Assembly (NCBI GenBank): GCA_051294375.1
Contig: CM119263.1
Span: forward strand, 11,381,894-11,445,893
Reading direction: 5' to 3'
DNA length: 64,000 nt
Source: Paraspadella gotoi
Lineage: Eukaryota; Animalia; Chaetognatha
The notes beneath the pieces were generated by a model. The model saw only the letters and a program-made list of their open reading frames with translations, was not told the DNA's origin and did no database searches. Below are positions 1 through 13,350 of the stretch, piece after piece. Every line of letters begins with the position of its first letter. Within the stretch, counting starts at the first letter, position 1. Made by a program: the position numbers and the translations under genes.

Positions 1-1233
1 TGACGCTTTGGAAGAATCTCACACAGTCGATGATAATCACGTCTTATGTGCATCTCCGCGTTGCTCTTGCACGGACTGAGCGCGGACCCAATGGAGCTTG
101 TTTAGCAAACTGGTGTAAAGGAGAGAGAGAGAGAGAGAGAGGAGGAAGAGGAAGGAATGGGGAGAGACGGCACGCGCGATGTTCCGGGTTGAGAGAGAGA
201 CAGAGAAGAGACTGAAAGAACAGCCCCGAGAATAAGGAGAGAAGAAGAGAAGGAAAGAAAAAGGGAAGCGGGAGAAATATCACGGAGAGGAAAGGTTAAA
301 GGGCATCGTACGGGTGTTAACTCTTTACCGGAGACCGCGAGAAATGCAACTGAGAGAGAGAGAGAGATATTTGATTTGTATTTTCTTTATCTCATGCTCT
401 CAAAATGTGAAAATTTTAACACCAATCGCATTCAAGTAACAAATGTAATAGTTAATGTTATTAGTACATAACTTATATGTTAATGAGAGAGAGAGAAGAA
501 GAGAGATTGAGAGAGAATTTGATAGAAGATTTNNNNNNNNNNNNNNNNNNNNNNNNNTTTTTTTTTTGGTGGGAGGAGCTGGCGGAGAGATGGAGGGAGA
601 GAGATATTCAGAATAAATCGTTTATAACGAGATCGGCTCGAACGAGCATCGATTCCCTTCTCCACCCCCTCTTTTTTTTTATTTTTTCCATAAATAACGT
701 CGAGATTACGAATCGACGCGCCGAAAGCTTCTTTTTTTTTTCTGGGGCGCCAGATTAAAAACAAATTCGGGTTTTTAGCTCGGATTTGCATCTATGGGTT
801 TTCGATAGATATTAATTTTTTTTATATTTCTGATTCTCGGTTTGGGGTTAGTGGAACGAATTCCATCGGATTAATTTGATGCTAGAAAAGTAAGGACTAA
901 TTGATTCAACGATATTATATTGCGGGATGAACTCGTTTCTGTAAAGTGCATTGGACTACGTATTGCAGCACTGAGAGAATGATGCATTGATGTATATTTA
1001 TACTTATTATAATATAATTGAAGACCCCTAAAAAAGACCTTCACCTTTCACCAATCACTATTTTGCAATCTCGAGGAAAGCAAAAAACAAAAACAAAAAA
1101 CAAAAACAAAAAACAAAAAAACAAACAAAACAAACTTTCCGCCGAGGGTCTATTTCTGATCAGAGTCCAGACCACGCACGCTTCTTTGTTTTTGTTTTCG
1201 CGATTCTATTTTTGTTTTTTGTTTTTCTTACAG

Positions 1234-1459
1234 GAAAAAATCTTCGGCGGTCAAAGTGACGGTGATTTCCTACGCCCGAGCGAGCCACGCCCCTCCTCAC
1301 GGCCAAGCAGCTTCCAGCGCCGCCTCCGCCGTCGTCTCCGCCAAAACAACGACGACGGCGACGACGATGACGATGACGACGACGCTCTCAATTACAAAGA
1401 AATCAAGTTTACTCGGACTTTGCTTCCTCTTTATTTATTCTTTTTCGCTCGACGATTAA
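1234..1459 (+). CDS. Putative terminal exon: Ser/Thr/Ala-rich segment with hydrophobic C-terminus (GPI-anchor-signal-like)
   Basis: Polypyrimidine tract + ttacAG at 1231-1233. The frame reads KKSSAVKVTVISY...SAKTTTTATTMTMTTTLSITKKSSLLGLCFLFIYSFSLDD* (TAA 1457-1459). No upstream exon identified. Confidence 0.35.
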
Positions 1460-2155
1460 AAAACCAAAACGAAATAGTCCTATCGGCGAATAAATTCTAT
1501 ATTTTATTATAAATATATATACTTTTTTTTTCCGAAAAACGAAAAAAAAAAATATCACGCCCCGTTATTTTCGCGAAATTGACTTTTTTAATGTTTACAA
1601 GGTCCGCGTATGAAATCATTATCACCATATTTTTATTAAAAGATATATTTTCGGCCAAGTCGGGGATTTGCGCCAGTGACAGTGACAGTGACAGTGACAG
1701 TGACAAAAATCTCCGGACGACACTCAAGACTACGTTTTCTTCTCTCGGAAACAGTCATCAGTATTTTGCATTTTCATTTTCATCACGATCAATTACAAAT
1801 TAATTCATTGTAGCTTTGAATAAAAAAAAAGTAAAACTTACATGGATAATTTATGTCCATAATTAATCAGACCAAATTATTTTCTCACTGTTTATTCATG
1901 TTTTAACTTATTGCTACTTTATTTATTGACATCATTGATCTTTACTGTTTTTATTCGCTTTGAAAACAAAGTTTAAGCAATTCTTTACTACAGCACTTAC
2001 GCTTTTATGTTTCTTCTGTAAATATAAAAATTATCTCAACCGTTTTTATTCTAGTTAATGTACTCGTATTTCATAGATATAATTGGACCTACGATTGCTA
2101 GCATATAATGTCTAAGTCGCACTCCACTCAAGTCGAGGCTTCCACGCCCCCATCT

Positions 2156-2268
<113 letters not shown>

Positions 2269-2535
2269 AGATTTTTTAATGCGAAATAATCCATTTAATG
2301 GCGAGAAACGAAAAAATTCTATGGGCCGGTAAAAGCGTCATTCAAACCATTAACGTCCGTACGTGAGAAGAATTTATAAAGAAAAATCTATGATTCCGTT
2401 GAGACTTTTTTTTGAAAAAGAAAAAAAAATTACCGAATGCATCTGGTGGTCGTATTTCAACATAACAAAACAGGTGAGTTAGCGGACAATATAACACCCG
2501 GGCGGAAAAAATTTAGACCCTCCTCAAGAACTTAC

Positions 2536-2756
2536 CCTCCTCTTCCTCCTCTTCCTCATCCTCGTCCTCCTCCAACTCTTCGTCGCTGGCCTCCGCCGCC
2601 ATCGTCTCCACCATGTCCTTGTCGTATTCCTCGAACAGCGCGAGCAGCACCGAGGACAGCAGCAGCACCATCATGGTGATCTTCAGCGGCAGGCTCATCG
2701 GCAGGTCCTCCTCTTCCCCGTGGGCCGTGGAGCCGCTCAGGTGCGCTGCGAGGGGC
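2536..2756 (-). CDS. Internal exon with a hydrophobic segment followed by an acidic Glu/Asp tract; unknown protein
   Basis: On the minus strand: long polypyrimidine tract + ctcAG (2758-2757) and GTAAGT donor (from 2535). GC3-rich open frame PLAAHLSGSTAHGEEEDLPMSLPLKITMMVLLLSSVLLALFEEYDKDMVETMAAEASDEELEEDEDEEEEEEE. Confidence 0.55.
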
Positions 2757-3182
2757 CTGAGAGGAATGAAGGAGAGAGGGGTGTTTAGGAAAGGGAGAGA
2801 AAAGCCGAAAAGAAGCCTGGCTCGGATTTACGAGCGATGAAGGCCTGATTCCAGGAAATGAAATGATTCGTAAGAAAAGGAAGAAAAGGAAAGTAATAAT
2901 GCATCGCTTCAACTTGGGATGCATCTCGAAAACATTTTTTTTTCCGTTTAGATCATTCCATGAAAAGCGACGATCAACTAGGAAAATTAAAATAGAAATA
3001 TTGAAATGTTGAGATTTTTAATGTTCCTGACTATTTTTAGAATAAGTTTGTTTGTTTTTATTTTGAACAAATTTGTTGTCTGTAAACAAAATAAACAATT
3101 TGACTTTATTCTAATTTCCAACGAAACAAAACGAAAAGCTCGAAATAACAATAAATAAATAAATAAATAAATAAATAAGGTA

Positions 3183-3330
3183 TGTCTGGGCCGTGGTCGG
3201 GAGTCTGCCCCGCGGCGAAATGTTGGCCCGAGAGGACATGCGAAGCGAAGGCACGCGCCACGTCTTTCCTCGGCATTGGTTTGATTTGCAGAGAGACTGC
3301 GAAATCGTTCAAAATCCACGAAGCGCAGCC
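3183..3330 (-). repeat. Insertion-riddled inverted copy of 5160-5275 (probable raw long-read patch)
   Basis: Reverse complement aligns by eye to GCTTCGTGG...CAAATCACATGCGAGGAAG...CGCATGT...CCCAGAC at 5166-5271, with many extra single bases. Likewise 4090-4340 is a garbled copy of 7779-7910. Confidence 0.6.
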
Positions 3331-6300
3331 TCTTGCGGTAAAGAGAAAAGAAAGAAAGAGTGAATAAGAGCGAAGGAGTGAAGGAGAGAGAGAGGATGAG
3401 ACGAGGAGATTAAGGAGAAGAACTGGAGGAGAGGAGGACTAGGATCTACGGACGACAGGAGAGGGAGAGATAGAGGAGAGAGAGAACCGAGAGCTGAGAA
3501 CGAGGATTGATGACGAGATTCTAGAGGAGTGAGAGAGGATGCAACACATCTGCTACTAGAGAAAATTAGACACGAAGTTTGCGACTTGTTTTCACATTTT
3601 TATAATTCGAGAACGAGTCGAGATGAGAGGTGAGAGTAGGACTGGAGATGATGGAGATCATCTGAGGAAAGGAGGAGAGTACAGAAATATTTGGAGAGAT
3701 ACTATAAATAAAAAGAATTCGTCCTGTAGAGTAGGGACGTGGGGATTCAAAAGTATTTTTTTTATAAAAGAACACCACACGCGAATGAGGGAGGAGAATG
3801 ATTTTGATTGAAAGAGCAGAATGAACCCGAGAGAACTAGCGAGCGTTAGTTCTGGTAGTAGACGTACATCTCCATGTAGAAAAAAATGGCTATAAACTGC
3901 AACCTAGAATTGAGAAGAATGAAAGGATGTGAATACCGTGATCTTGAAAAAGAAATTCGTGCTCCTCCGCGGCCTAAAGCTTGACCTTGGTAGAAAGCTT
4001 AACCTCCCACTATATACATCACTAAACTGATTCTTTATTAGAAAAAAAAAAAAGGCCGTAGCCCGCTCGGAATTCGTTGGGCGTTTCATTCTGATGAAAA
4101 GCCTGATGATGAAGAAAATGAGCTTAGAATTCTTCGTGAAACGAGAAACGGAGCGCAGACAGAGACGCGACTGTGGGAAACGCGAAGAGGAAACTCGCTC
4201 GCAGAGAAACTCAAAGTCGGGAAGGGGTTAGGGGGGCGTGACAGAGTGTGAGGGCTATTTGCTGTAAAGCGGGGCTTCTGGTAATTGTTCTTTTTTTCTT
4301 CCGTTGGTTTTTTTAAACCACGAGAGGATGCTCAAGGCAACGGCTAGTGTCGTGTATGGATTTGAAGACTTGTGCGACACTAATGAATTACGCATGTCGC
4401 TTTTTAATGTGGTGTATCTCTGTGGATCAAGGCAGCGATATATATATAAATAAACGTTGATTGGCGCGCTCCGTAAGTGTGTGTACGTGGAGAGAAAGAT
4501 ATAAGAGAAAGTGAGAAGAAGAGAGTGAATCACGTGACAGTTTTACGTATGTATTATGTGATTGGATTGATTAGTAGATTATGATGATAGTAGTATGCAA
4601 GTGTGAGATATGATTGAAGATGGAGAATTGGGATGGTATGGTATTGGAGTTGTTATTTAGAATTTATTTATTTATTTATTATTATTTATTATATTTATTT
4701 ATTTATTTAGATTTATTGGGTAGGGGTATTATTATTGTAGGTTGGTATTTATTTATTTATTGTATTTATTTATTTATTCATTTATTTATTTATTTTATAT
4801 TATTTATTTATTCTATTATATATTTATTTTATTTAGAGTGTGGTAGGTGGGTGGTGATTGCTTGTGNNNNNNNNNNNNNNNNNNNNNNNNNAAAAAAAAT
4901 ACGAAAAACATTGACGATATTCTTTTATTTGTTATTCCAGAAAATTCGGCAAAAAAACTTTTTGATCCCAAAGACANNNNNNNNNNNNNNNNNNNNNNNN
5001 NNNNNNNNNNNNNNNNNNNNNNNNNNNNNNNNNNNNNNNNNNNNNNNNNNNNNNNNNNNNNNNNNNNNNNNNNNNNNNNNNNNNNNNNNNNNNNNNNNNN
5101 NNNNNNNNNNNNNNNNNNNNNNNNNNNNNNNNNNNNNNNNNNNNNNNNNNNNNNNNNNNTCTTCCGCTTCGTGGTTGACGATCGCAGTTCAAATCACATG
5201 CGAGGAAGCGTGCGCGCGTGCCTTTCGCATGTGCCTCGGGCACCTTTCGCGCGCGCTCCGACCGCCCAGACCCCGCCAGCCAGCGCGTGAAATCTTCACG
5301 AGCGCGCTCCCCCTTCGCCCGCGCATTGACTTCACGCCCGCGTTAGCGAGAGGTCGACACGTGTCACGTTTTTTAAGTCGGGGGTTTGAGGGTGATGGAA
5401 GGTAAGGAAGGAAGGAGGAAAGGAAGAGGNNNNNNNNNNNNNNNNNNNNNNNNNNNNNNNNNNNNNNNNNNNNNNNNNNNNNNNNNNNNNNNNNNNNNNN
5501 NNNNNNNNNNNNNNNNNNNNNNNNNNNNNNNNNNNNNNNNNNNNNNNNNNNNNNNNNNNNNNNNNNNNNNNNNNNNNNNNNNNNNNNNNNNNNNNNNNNN
5601 NNNNNNNNNNNNNNNNNAGCAGAATCGGGTTCAACAGTGTGAACCTCGCTTGTCGATGCTGAAGCGTAACTGAAACCCCGCCGTCGGACGCGAGATTTCT
5701 GTGTCGCGCTGGAGTTGGCGGAAAGGGAAAGTGGTTAGAGTGACTGAGGTGGCTGTAGTGGCTCGAATGAAAAGGAAAAGTGGTTGGAATGGCAAAGTGC
5801 TCCAGCACTCAATGGCGGAGTTCGTTCACGAGGAGCACGTGATTAGACACTTGACGAGTGAGAGTCGATGACTCGTTGAAAAGGGCGACGCCGATTCCGA
5901 CCAGATGGCGTCGTTCGAGAGTCCGAGGAAAACCACGCCGAGCGCCGCTCTTCCGCAAAAGTGAAGCGCGACTCGTGACGCGCGCGCTCGGGAAAAAGGC
6001 TAGGGAGACCGGAAGTGGGCGTGGCGTCCACAATCACGACACCTCTCAGGACGCCGCGTAATGGACTATGTCGTTGGCGCCACCGCGCGCGTCGGTTTTC
6101 CGTGGTACGACGTAGGAGGGGGAATCCGCGTTGGGTGAGTTTGGGTGAGGAAAAGTAGGGTTGGGTGAATGAGGAAACGTTGGGGTTTAAAAGAGATAGT
6201 GAGAGCTGTGGATGCGCCGTCGTCGTCGTCATCGCAAGACAGTGATTAATACGAACAAACTCTGTTCGCAAATCAGGTTCTCCTTTTTTTCGCTGTTAAA

Positions 6301-6447
6301 CATAAACGATGAAAAATTACTTTTTGACGCAAAGATACCTTTAGACGTTAGCGCAACTGAATAATTAGTTGTCATAAAAGTTGTATATGGTTAAGTTTTT
6401 TAAATTTTTTTCATTTTTTTTGTCATGCCATGTAAGTACATGTATGT

Positions 6448-7012
6448 CAAAGCGTAGTAAATATATATTAAAATTAGGCAGAATCAAAATTAGAATAGTA
6501 GATCTGTGAATATTTTTAAATTAATTTTGTAAAAAAATTTTTGTACATTACCTATTTGTAATACTTTATAGCCCGTATTCTAATACTAGTACTATCACCA
6601 TAGGAAAATGTCGAAATTTTAAAATTTTTATTTTTATTTTTGAAAGCAGATTAGAATTTCTCACAAAAATAGTTGATGAAGAAGAAATATAACTCTTTTT
6701 AGAAAATTATTTCATTAAGTGAGTCAAAATCTTTAAAACTGTTATAGTTAACTTAAATTAAATTTTAATTTTTAGGCTAACTTAATGAAAGAGTTTTTTG
6801 ATTAAACTTTTTTTTTTCTCAACTTTATAAAGAATCTGCTTTCAGAACTAAGAAAAAATTATTTTAAAATTTTGGACATTTTCAATGGTGTGCATTATAA
6901 TATAGTATTGAGGAAATTTGAGAAAATTAAAAAAAAAATGTTTCTTTAATACAAGAATTTTCATGATCAACTATTCGAATTTCGATCTGGCAACTTTCAC
7001 ACTACGCCGTTA
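6448..7012 (-). mobile_element. hAT-superfamily MITE (same family as 40299-40916)
   Basis: 8-bp TSD ATGTATGT at 6440-6447 and 7013-7020. Termini (C)AAAGCGTAGT...ACTACGCCGTTA. AT-rich, internally quasi-palindromic body similar to the 40.3-kb copy in reverse orientation. Confidence 0.75.
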
Positions 7013-7514
7013 ATGTATGTATTGGCCTTAATGTATTTTTCTGCGTAGGACTGATTTAGGCTTTTCTATGTATTTAACATTGGCCACTGGCCAGCCCTCT
7101 TAGTTCTTGTTCCACAAACCACTCAAGGAATCAAAACGATCGAAGTTCCTTTTAATCTGTCTTTTAATACAGAACTTCAGCCTCCGAATCGGAGGAGCAT
7201 ATACGTTATAACTCAAAAAGTTCGACCTCTCTGCCCTTCAGCCCTTTTTTCGCGACCTTTGCCCTCGGCCACTGTTCGGTTCGATCATGCCACCGGGGGC
7301 TCAGCCGGACTTGTCGCTCTGGCTATCGAAATCGGATTATATTCGTTTGCGGAAAATATTATTAAGATCATCATAATTTGATATTTATTTTTCGCTCGAT
7401 GAAGTAAATTTCGTCTTTGACTTTGTTTCAGTAACAACCAAATTTAATAGATGAAAAGGTTGGAACCAAGCTCAAGCGGTGGAGCGTGCCGAATGCAAGC
7501 GAGAACTATGTAGG

Positions 7515-7618
7515 TTTTTAGTTGCGCCGCGAGTACTCGCGGAGCAACTCTATAAGTCTCTTTTCGGTCGGTAAGTAAGTAATGCGGAGCAACACCTTGG
7601 AATAACCGTTCCTTGTTT
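7515..7618 (+). mobile_element. Miniature Helentron-associated (HINE/DINE-1-like) element
   Basis: T-run, then 5' hairpin GTTGCGCCGCGAGTACTCGCGGAGCAAC, a short GTCG/TAAG microsatellite, repeated subTIR GCGGAGCAAC, 3' stem-loop GGAA..TTCC and TTGTT. A related copy lies inverted at 16158-16366. Confidence 0.65.
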
Positions 7619-7997
7619 CACATTTATAATCGAGAGGTCAAATATAAAAATTGGTTTCAATTTAAAAACACCACATTGATTTTAAGCGCGTTTAAGTAAA
7701 TCCATTTGCACCAGTGTTTTAAGATTCCTTCGCTGACCTTGAGCCCTCTTTCTAATTCTTTGAAAAAAAGGTTCATTTCTATGAAAAGCTATGATGAAGA
7801 AAATGAGCTAGATTTCTTACGAAACACAACCGCTGACAAACGAAACTCAGTGAGGCTATTTTGCTCTTAATGTTCTTTTTTCTTCCGTTAAACCACGAGA
7901 AGATCTCAAGGTCGTTTGTTTGCTGCGCAAAGAATTACGAGTCGCTTTATTGTATTCGGGTCGCGAAAAAAAGCATTGCGCGTTGGAGGGGGGAGGG

Positions 7998-8112
<115 letters not shown>

Positions 8113-9014
8113 CACTTTGTAGTAGTCGAAGACTCCCGCATGACTGGTGGACCGTGCTTTTCGGTCTTTTCTTTTCCTTCTCCGCCGGAGTTTTTTCTGG
8201 TTAAGTTTGTATATCAAAAACTTATCACATGACGTCAGTCTCACATAACGATAATTTGTAATTTAAAGGCAACCTCTCAAGAGCAATTAACGACGACCAA
8301 AGTTAAAGAGCTAGACCATCGGCGTCGTCAGCGTTAATTTTTCTCTCTTCCTCAACGAAAAAAAAAATAGTAAAAAAAAACCTCATTAAGCCCCATTAAT
8401 TTTCTATGAGGTTTGCCGGCATTTAACTTAATTATGCGTTTGACATTCAATCCCAAAACGGTTGGGTTTTTACCCCCAATTTGTACAAACAAAAGCTTGG
8501 GTTCAAATGTCGTCACGAATTCCCATTTTCCGTTTAACAACGACGCATTCAAAAAGATGAAAGCATCGCTGGACGCATCGTGATCGTCTCAAGAGGGATG
8601 CATCACTATCTCAAGTAAATTACAACGAATTCAGGCCCAGACAGAAAACTGAGTTCTTTACTCTATATTTTATATTAGAACTTCATGATTATGAATGATT
8701 TCGAGACCATAAACCCCACGAAGCAAAGATCCTGACATAAAAACATCTTCCTTCAACCGGGACACGAATGAAATAGCGATCCGCCCCGTCTCAGCCGACG
8801 CCGCTGAGGCCCGCCGTGGCCCGGGCCCTTGCATAACGCGTCGAGTCATTATACCGAGGAGCGTTTAAGGCTTCATTGTTCGAATCGCCCGCGGCCGCGA
8901 TCCGCCGGGCGTTTTCGAGGCGGCGTCCCCAGGACGGAGCTGGAATCGCGGTCGCCAATTGTGTTGACGCCATTTGAATAAAAACGAAGCGAATTTTATG
9001 CCGGGGAAAAGAAA

Positions 9015-9090
<76 letters not shown>

Positions 9091-10373
9091 AGAGAGGGGA
9101 TAAAACAAAGAAAGGGAAACTGGGGTCGTCGGGTGAGCGACAGAAAAAGAAAGAAAAATGAAAAAATTTAAAAATAAAGGAAGGAAAAACAAAGAAGGGA
9201 AGAAAATAAAGAAATAGAGGAAGGCGATGGTGTTTCTCTCAAATCCCCGGACGCAATGAAGTCGGATATATTTCGTTTTTATTCGTCGTTGGAGACGCGA
9301 GACGACGCAGACTGGATTCGCGCCTTTTTCAATCATCGACGTCGCCACTGAAGCTCGGCTTCGTCTTACTCCTTGCCGAATCCTACCCGTTGTCATTGTC
9401 ATTGGAAGCGTTGTCATTATTGTCGTTAATTCTTTTATTCGCTTTTGACTTCATCAATGTCATTGATTACTTGACGATTTCATCATTATCATCGTTGTCA
9501 TTCATTCAATTATTACTCGTTGACTTCATTGTCATAGGTTTCCTATATTATTTTTTTTCAGTCGACTCTCCTCAATGTCGATAATCTTTGTCATTCTCAT
9601 CGTTGCTCGTCGACGTCTTAGTCATTCGCTTTGTACGTAGCATTGATGCTCGTTAGCGTCTTCGCTCTTGTCATCGTTATCCGCTAACGATCGCGACGCT
9701 TTCATTGTCGCTTTCATCGTCGAGCGCTATTGTCCTCTCACGAGCCGTTTTATGTCAGAGATTCGCGTTGATGTCACGTTGATGCTACAATCGGAAAAAA
9801 ATATTGGAGCTTTACCGTCGCTTCATCGGTTTCGCCGTCGTTGTCCTTCGGCGTCAAACCGCAGTTCGAATTCTACTTTTTGGTAAGACGAGCAAGACTC
9901 CAGACGAAAGCTCATCCGCTCACGCTTTTCAGTTAATCGTTTTCCTTAACGGGTCCTCCCCAAGCGTCGATTCACTAGGAAACCGAATGCGAGTGAATTC
10001 AGAATTCGACAAAGAAGACGACGACGAAGACGAAAACTAAATTTAATAAATGGCGAAGTTGGTGCAGCGTTGAGAAGAACCGGAAGCTAAATCCCGAAAA
10101 GTGGAGGCAATTAATACTAGATAGCAGATATTGAGATATTTGTGTTATTGTGTTATTTGTGATGCTCAGTTTATCCTTTTAAATGATAATGCAAAAAAAA
10201 GAAAATGAGACAATGAGAACGATTACCTTAAACGCAGACTCAGAATAAAATGAGATTCGAGTCATTTTGTCGGGAGAGGAGACTGAAAGGGGAGGGAGGA
10301 GTGGTAAAGAGAAGGGATTTAAAGTAAAATGTTATCAAATTAGTAAAATGTAAAAATTATCAATTAAATTAAT

Positions 10374-10508
10374 AAATAAGCTATATTGCCACTGACTTTG
10401 GATAGTCTATGGTCTATGGTCTCCATCCCTCTTACAACATGATAACTTTGCAGGATCCTAAGTACCTTCAAGCTTTCAATCGAGAATCTCTCAGTCTTGT
10501 TTATTCAC
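10374..10508 (-). repeat. Diverged fragment of the SINE-like repeat also at 38217-38420 and 62915-63119
   Basis: Shares AATAAGCTAT..TGCC.CTGACTTTGGA...CAAGCT.TCAATC.AGA..TCTC.CAGTC..GTTTATTCACT with 38260-38391. Confidence 0.6.
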
Positions 10509-10949
10509 TGTAAAATTGAAGAAGAGGTGAACAGATGATGAGTAGATGAAATCCAGAGCTGTGCAAATGAGAAGAAATGTAGAGTAGATGAAGAGTTGAG
10601 CAAATGATGAGAGGAGAAGCCGAGGAACCAAAACCGATTTGAGTTCAGCTTCCGCCCAAAGTTGTTGGGGAAGAGAATTCGACTCGGAAAGGAACTCATT
10701 TCGTACCACTTTTAATTCCGTCAGCCTTTTCGGCGAGAAAGTCAGACTTCCGCCCCCCCTCCTTTCCTTTCCTTTCCTTTCCTTTCCTTTCCTTTCCTTT
10801 CCTTTCCTTTCCTCTACTCTCTATCTTCGCTGTGGTCTGACGAATCCCAATTCCATCCCCCAATATTAATCGCAGTCTTTCAGACGTTTTTCTGTCGACT
10901 CTCTCTGTCGCTTATTCTCCCCGCTTGCGATCCTCAACCTTCTCTCTCT

Positions 10950-10991
<42 letters not shown>

Positions 10992-11005
10992 CTCTCTCCT
11001 CTCTC

Positions 11006-11050
<45 letters not shown>

Positions 11051-12061
11051 CTGAAATTGAATGACGCTTCCTCGACTTTTCCATTTGCGAAGCTCAAGAG
11101 TCTTTTTTTTTTCTTCCGTCAATTTCGCACCTGCGTCATCGAAGGCGTCATGTCTGTTTGGAAGATCTCCTAGCAACGCTCTTTAAGTGCAAACATCGTC
11201 GCGAACTAAACCAATTAAACTAATCTTAACTTGAAAGTGACGATTCTAAGTACTAAATAAAGACGTCACTTCGAATTTATGATTTCGGAGCATTCATGTC
11301 ATCGAAACGACAGTTTATACTGCATCCTCTGTTGTGTATTGAGCTCATTCGTAACTTATAAAAGTCATTCGACTTTTCGCCCTCAACATTAAAGACAAAG
11401 AATATGTCACCTGCTCGTCGTATCAATGTTTCACTTTCGATTCTCTGCGGTGGATCGGAAAATGAATAAAAACGAAAAAAATATCAAACGAAACCATCAA
11501 AAACAGAAAAGCGCAAAAAATCAAAGCTTCAGTTCAAAAATTCAAGAATCAAAATTTTTGAATAATAAAAACCCGATCGATAATAACGATGACGACGACT
11601 GAAACCCGGCGACTAAAACGTTGACGACAAAGAGGAGGAATATTCTATGAGGTCGAACGTAACCGAGAACGTAACGCGTAAACGAAGATTAGGAGCCTTT
11701 GATTTTTCTTAATCATAGATGCTATTTATCTTTTAAATGTTAAGGTCAATGTTTATTTTTTTTATTTAAATATATTTTTAGAAATTTTTAATTTTTAATT
11801 TTTCAGCGGGTAAAATTTTTCATCGTCCAGCATTTTTCACAGTCTTCTTATCTCCATATGTGTATTGCCTAATTGTCATGTTTACATATATCTATCACTA
11901 TTAATTTGTACCAAGACGTTTAATATTTTCTCTTCCGATCTCATATTCCTTTTTTTTCTCTTTCCCTCACGTCTTACCTATTTTCTCCTTTTTTTGTCAA
12001 TTCCCTTTCGTCTACGTCATCTTTTTATTGAGTTTTTCGTTTCCGCTTTTGCATTTCCAGG

Positions 12062-12093
<32 letters not shown>

Positions 12094-13350
12094 TTCTGTC
12101 AAAATATTTTATTGGCCCCCTAATCTTCTGATTTTCTCTTCAACATTTTCTGACTAAATTCGGCTTCTTTTTTTTAAGTATCTCACTTTTGTTTCTTTCA
12201 TTCTTTTAACAAGCTACATCTCATTTATCAAGATCCCCGTCGTAGTTTTCATATTTCTCCTCCCTCGCTCAGCCTCGCTTTTGTTTTCCTTCGTTTACAT
12301 TCTCTATTTTTCCCTCCATTCTTCTCAATATTCGCCGACTCAGACTCCCTTCCAATCGATTCCCCCCGTTTTCATTTTGCACCTCTCTCCCCCCCCCACT
12401 CTCCACCCCCTCGATTCAAACCTCTTCCATTCTCGTCCCATTCTCTTCCCTTTGACAGCGGGATTTCCGTTTCAAGTCGTCGGCTCAAAGTCCCTCCAGT
12501 CTAATTGCTTTCAAACTGTCAAAACATCAACACAACTGTCAAAAAAACTTCTTTTAAAATAAAATAAAAAAGGGGGGAAAAAAAGGAAAGAAACTTCTCG
12601 TAGCTCGACGTCAAAGATTGGCTGCACTTCCCCCACGAGCGTGAAACATTTTTTTTTTAAATTCGTGAATGCTTTGTTTCCGTGAAAGGAAAGGAATATC
12701 ATAAATGTAAATGAAACAGTCGACAGAGTTTTTCCGTGTCAAACTTGTAAATACTGAATTCTTTAATTCTTCTTTCTTTCATTCGTTCTTTCACTAAAGC
12801 TACTTTAATCAGTAAATCATAAAAGATCAATCATATCATAGAATATCAATCATAAAATTGTAACAATAGCTAAAAATTCGGGAAACATTAAAGGTTAGCG
12901 CAAGACGAATGAAAATGTTAACACTACCTTTTGATCAGTTTTTGGCGAAGAAAACTTGAGATCGCAATTGACGTATTGAGGCTTGGAAGATATTACTGCA
13001 AAAAAGAAAATAAAAGTAATTAGTTTTTTATAACAATATGGTTTCATTTCTTTCTATTTTTAGCCATACATATTATGGGTAAGACTCTCTGGTAATAATT
13101 GAAGAAAATTTTATAAAACATAACATGATAATGATTGTCATGGTTGTCATGGTAGTTGTGGTAGTTGTGGTTGTAGTGACTTTATAATTGTATAGTTTTT
13201 GTTATTGCAGAATAAATTTAAATTTCATATAATAGGAAAAAAAATATTAAAGCGTAATTTTTTTTTTTTCCATTTTAATTTATTTCACTCGGACGATTCT
13301 ATCGAAATTTGAATTCCAACTCAATCGCCAACTTTACCCACACAAAAACA

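Noticed and set aside
3330-4866. Apparently novel purine-rich and ATTT-rich sequence with ORFs
   Set aside because: Looks like degraded long-read sequence (garbled AG runs, insertion-rich copy of 7779-7910) ending at a 25-N gap.
4614-5808. Long ORFs spanning N runs
   Set aside because: Their length comes from translating assembly gaps.
8791-8973. 60-aa minus ORF MASTQLATAIPAPSWGRR... with aaATGGCG context
   Set aside because: Short, no recognisable domain and no convincing donor site, so it cannot be supported as a gene.
10491-10730. Minus-strand hydrophobic ORF (..LLLSSFAQLFIYSTFLLIC..)
   Set aside because: Low-complexity TCATC-rich sequence running into a repeat fragment; splice signals are weak.
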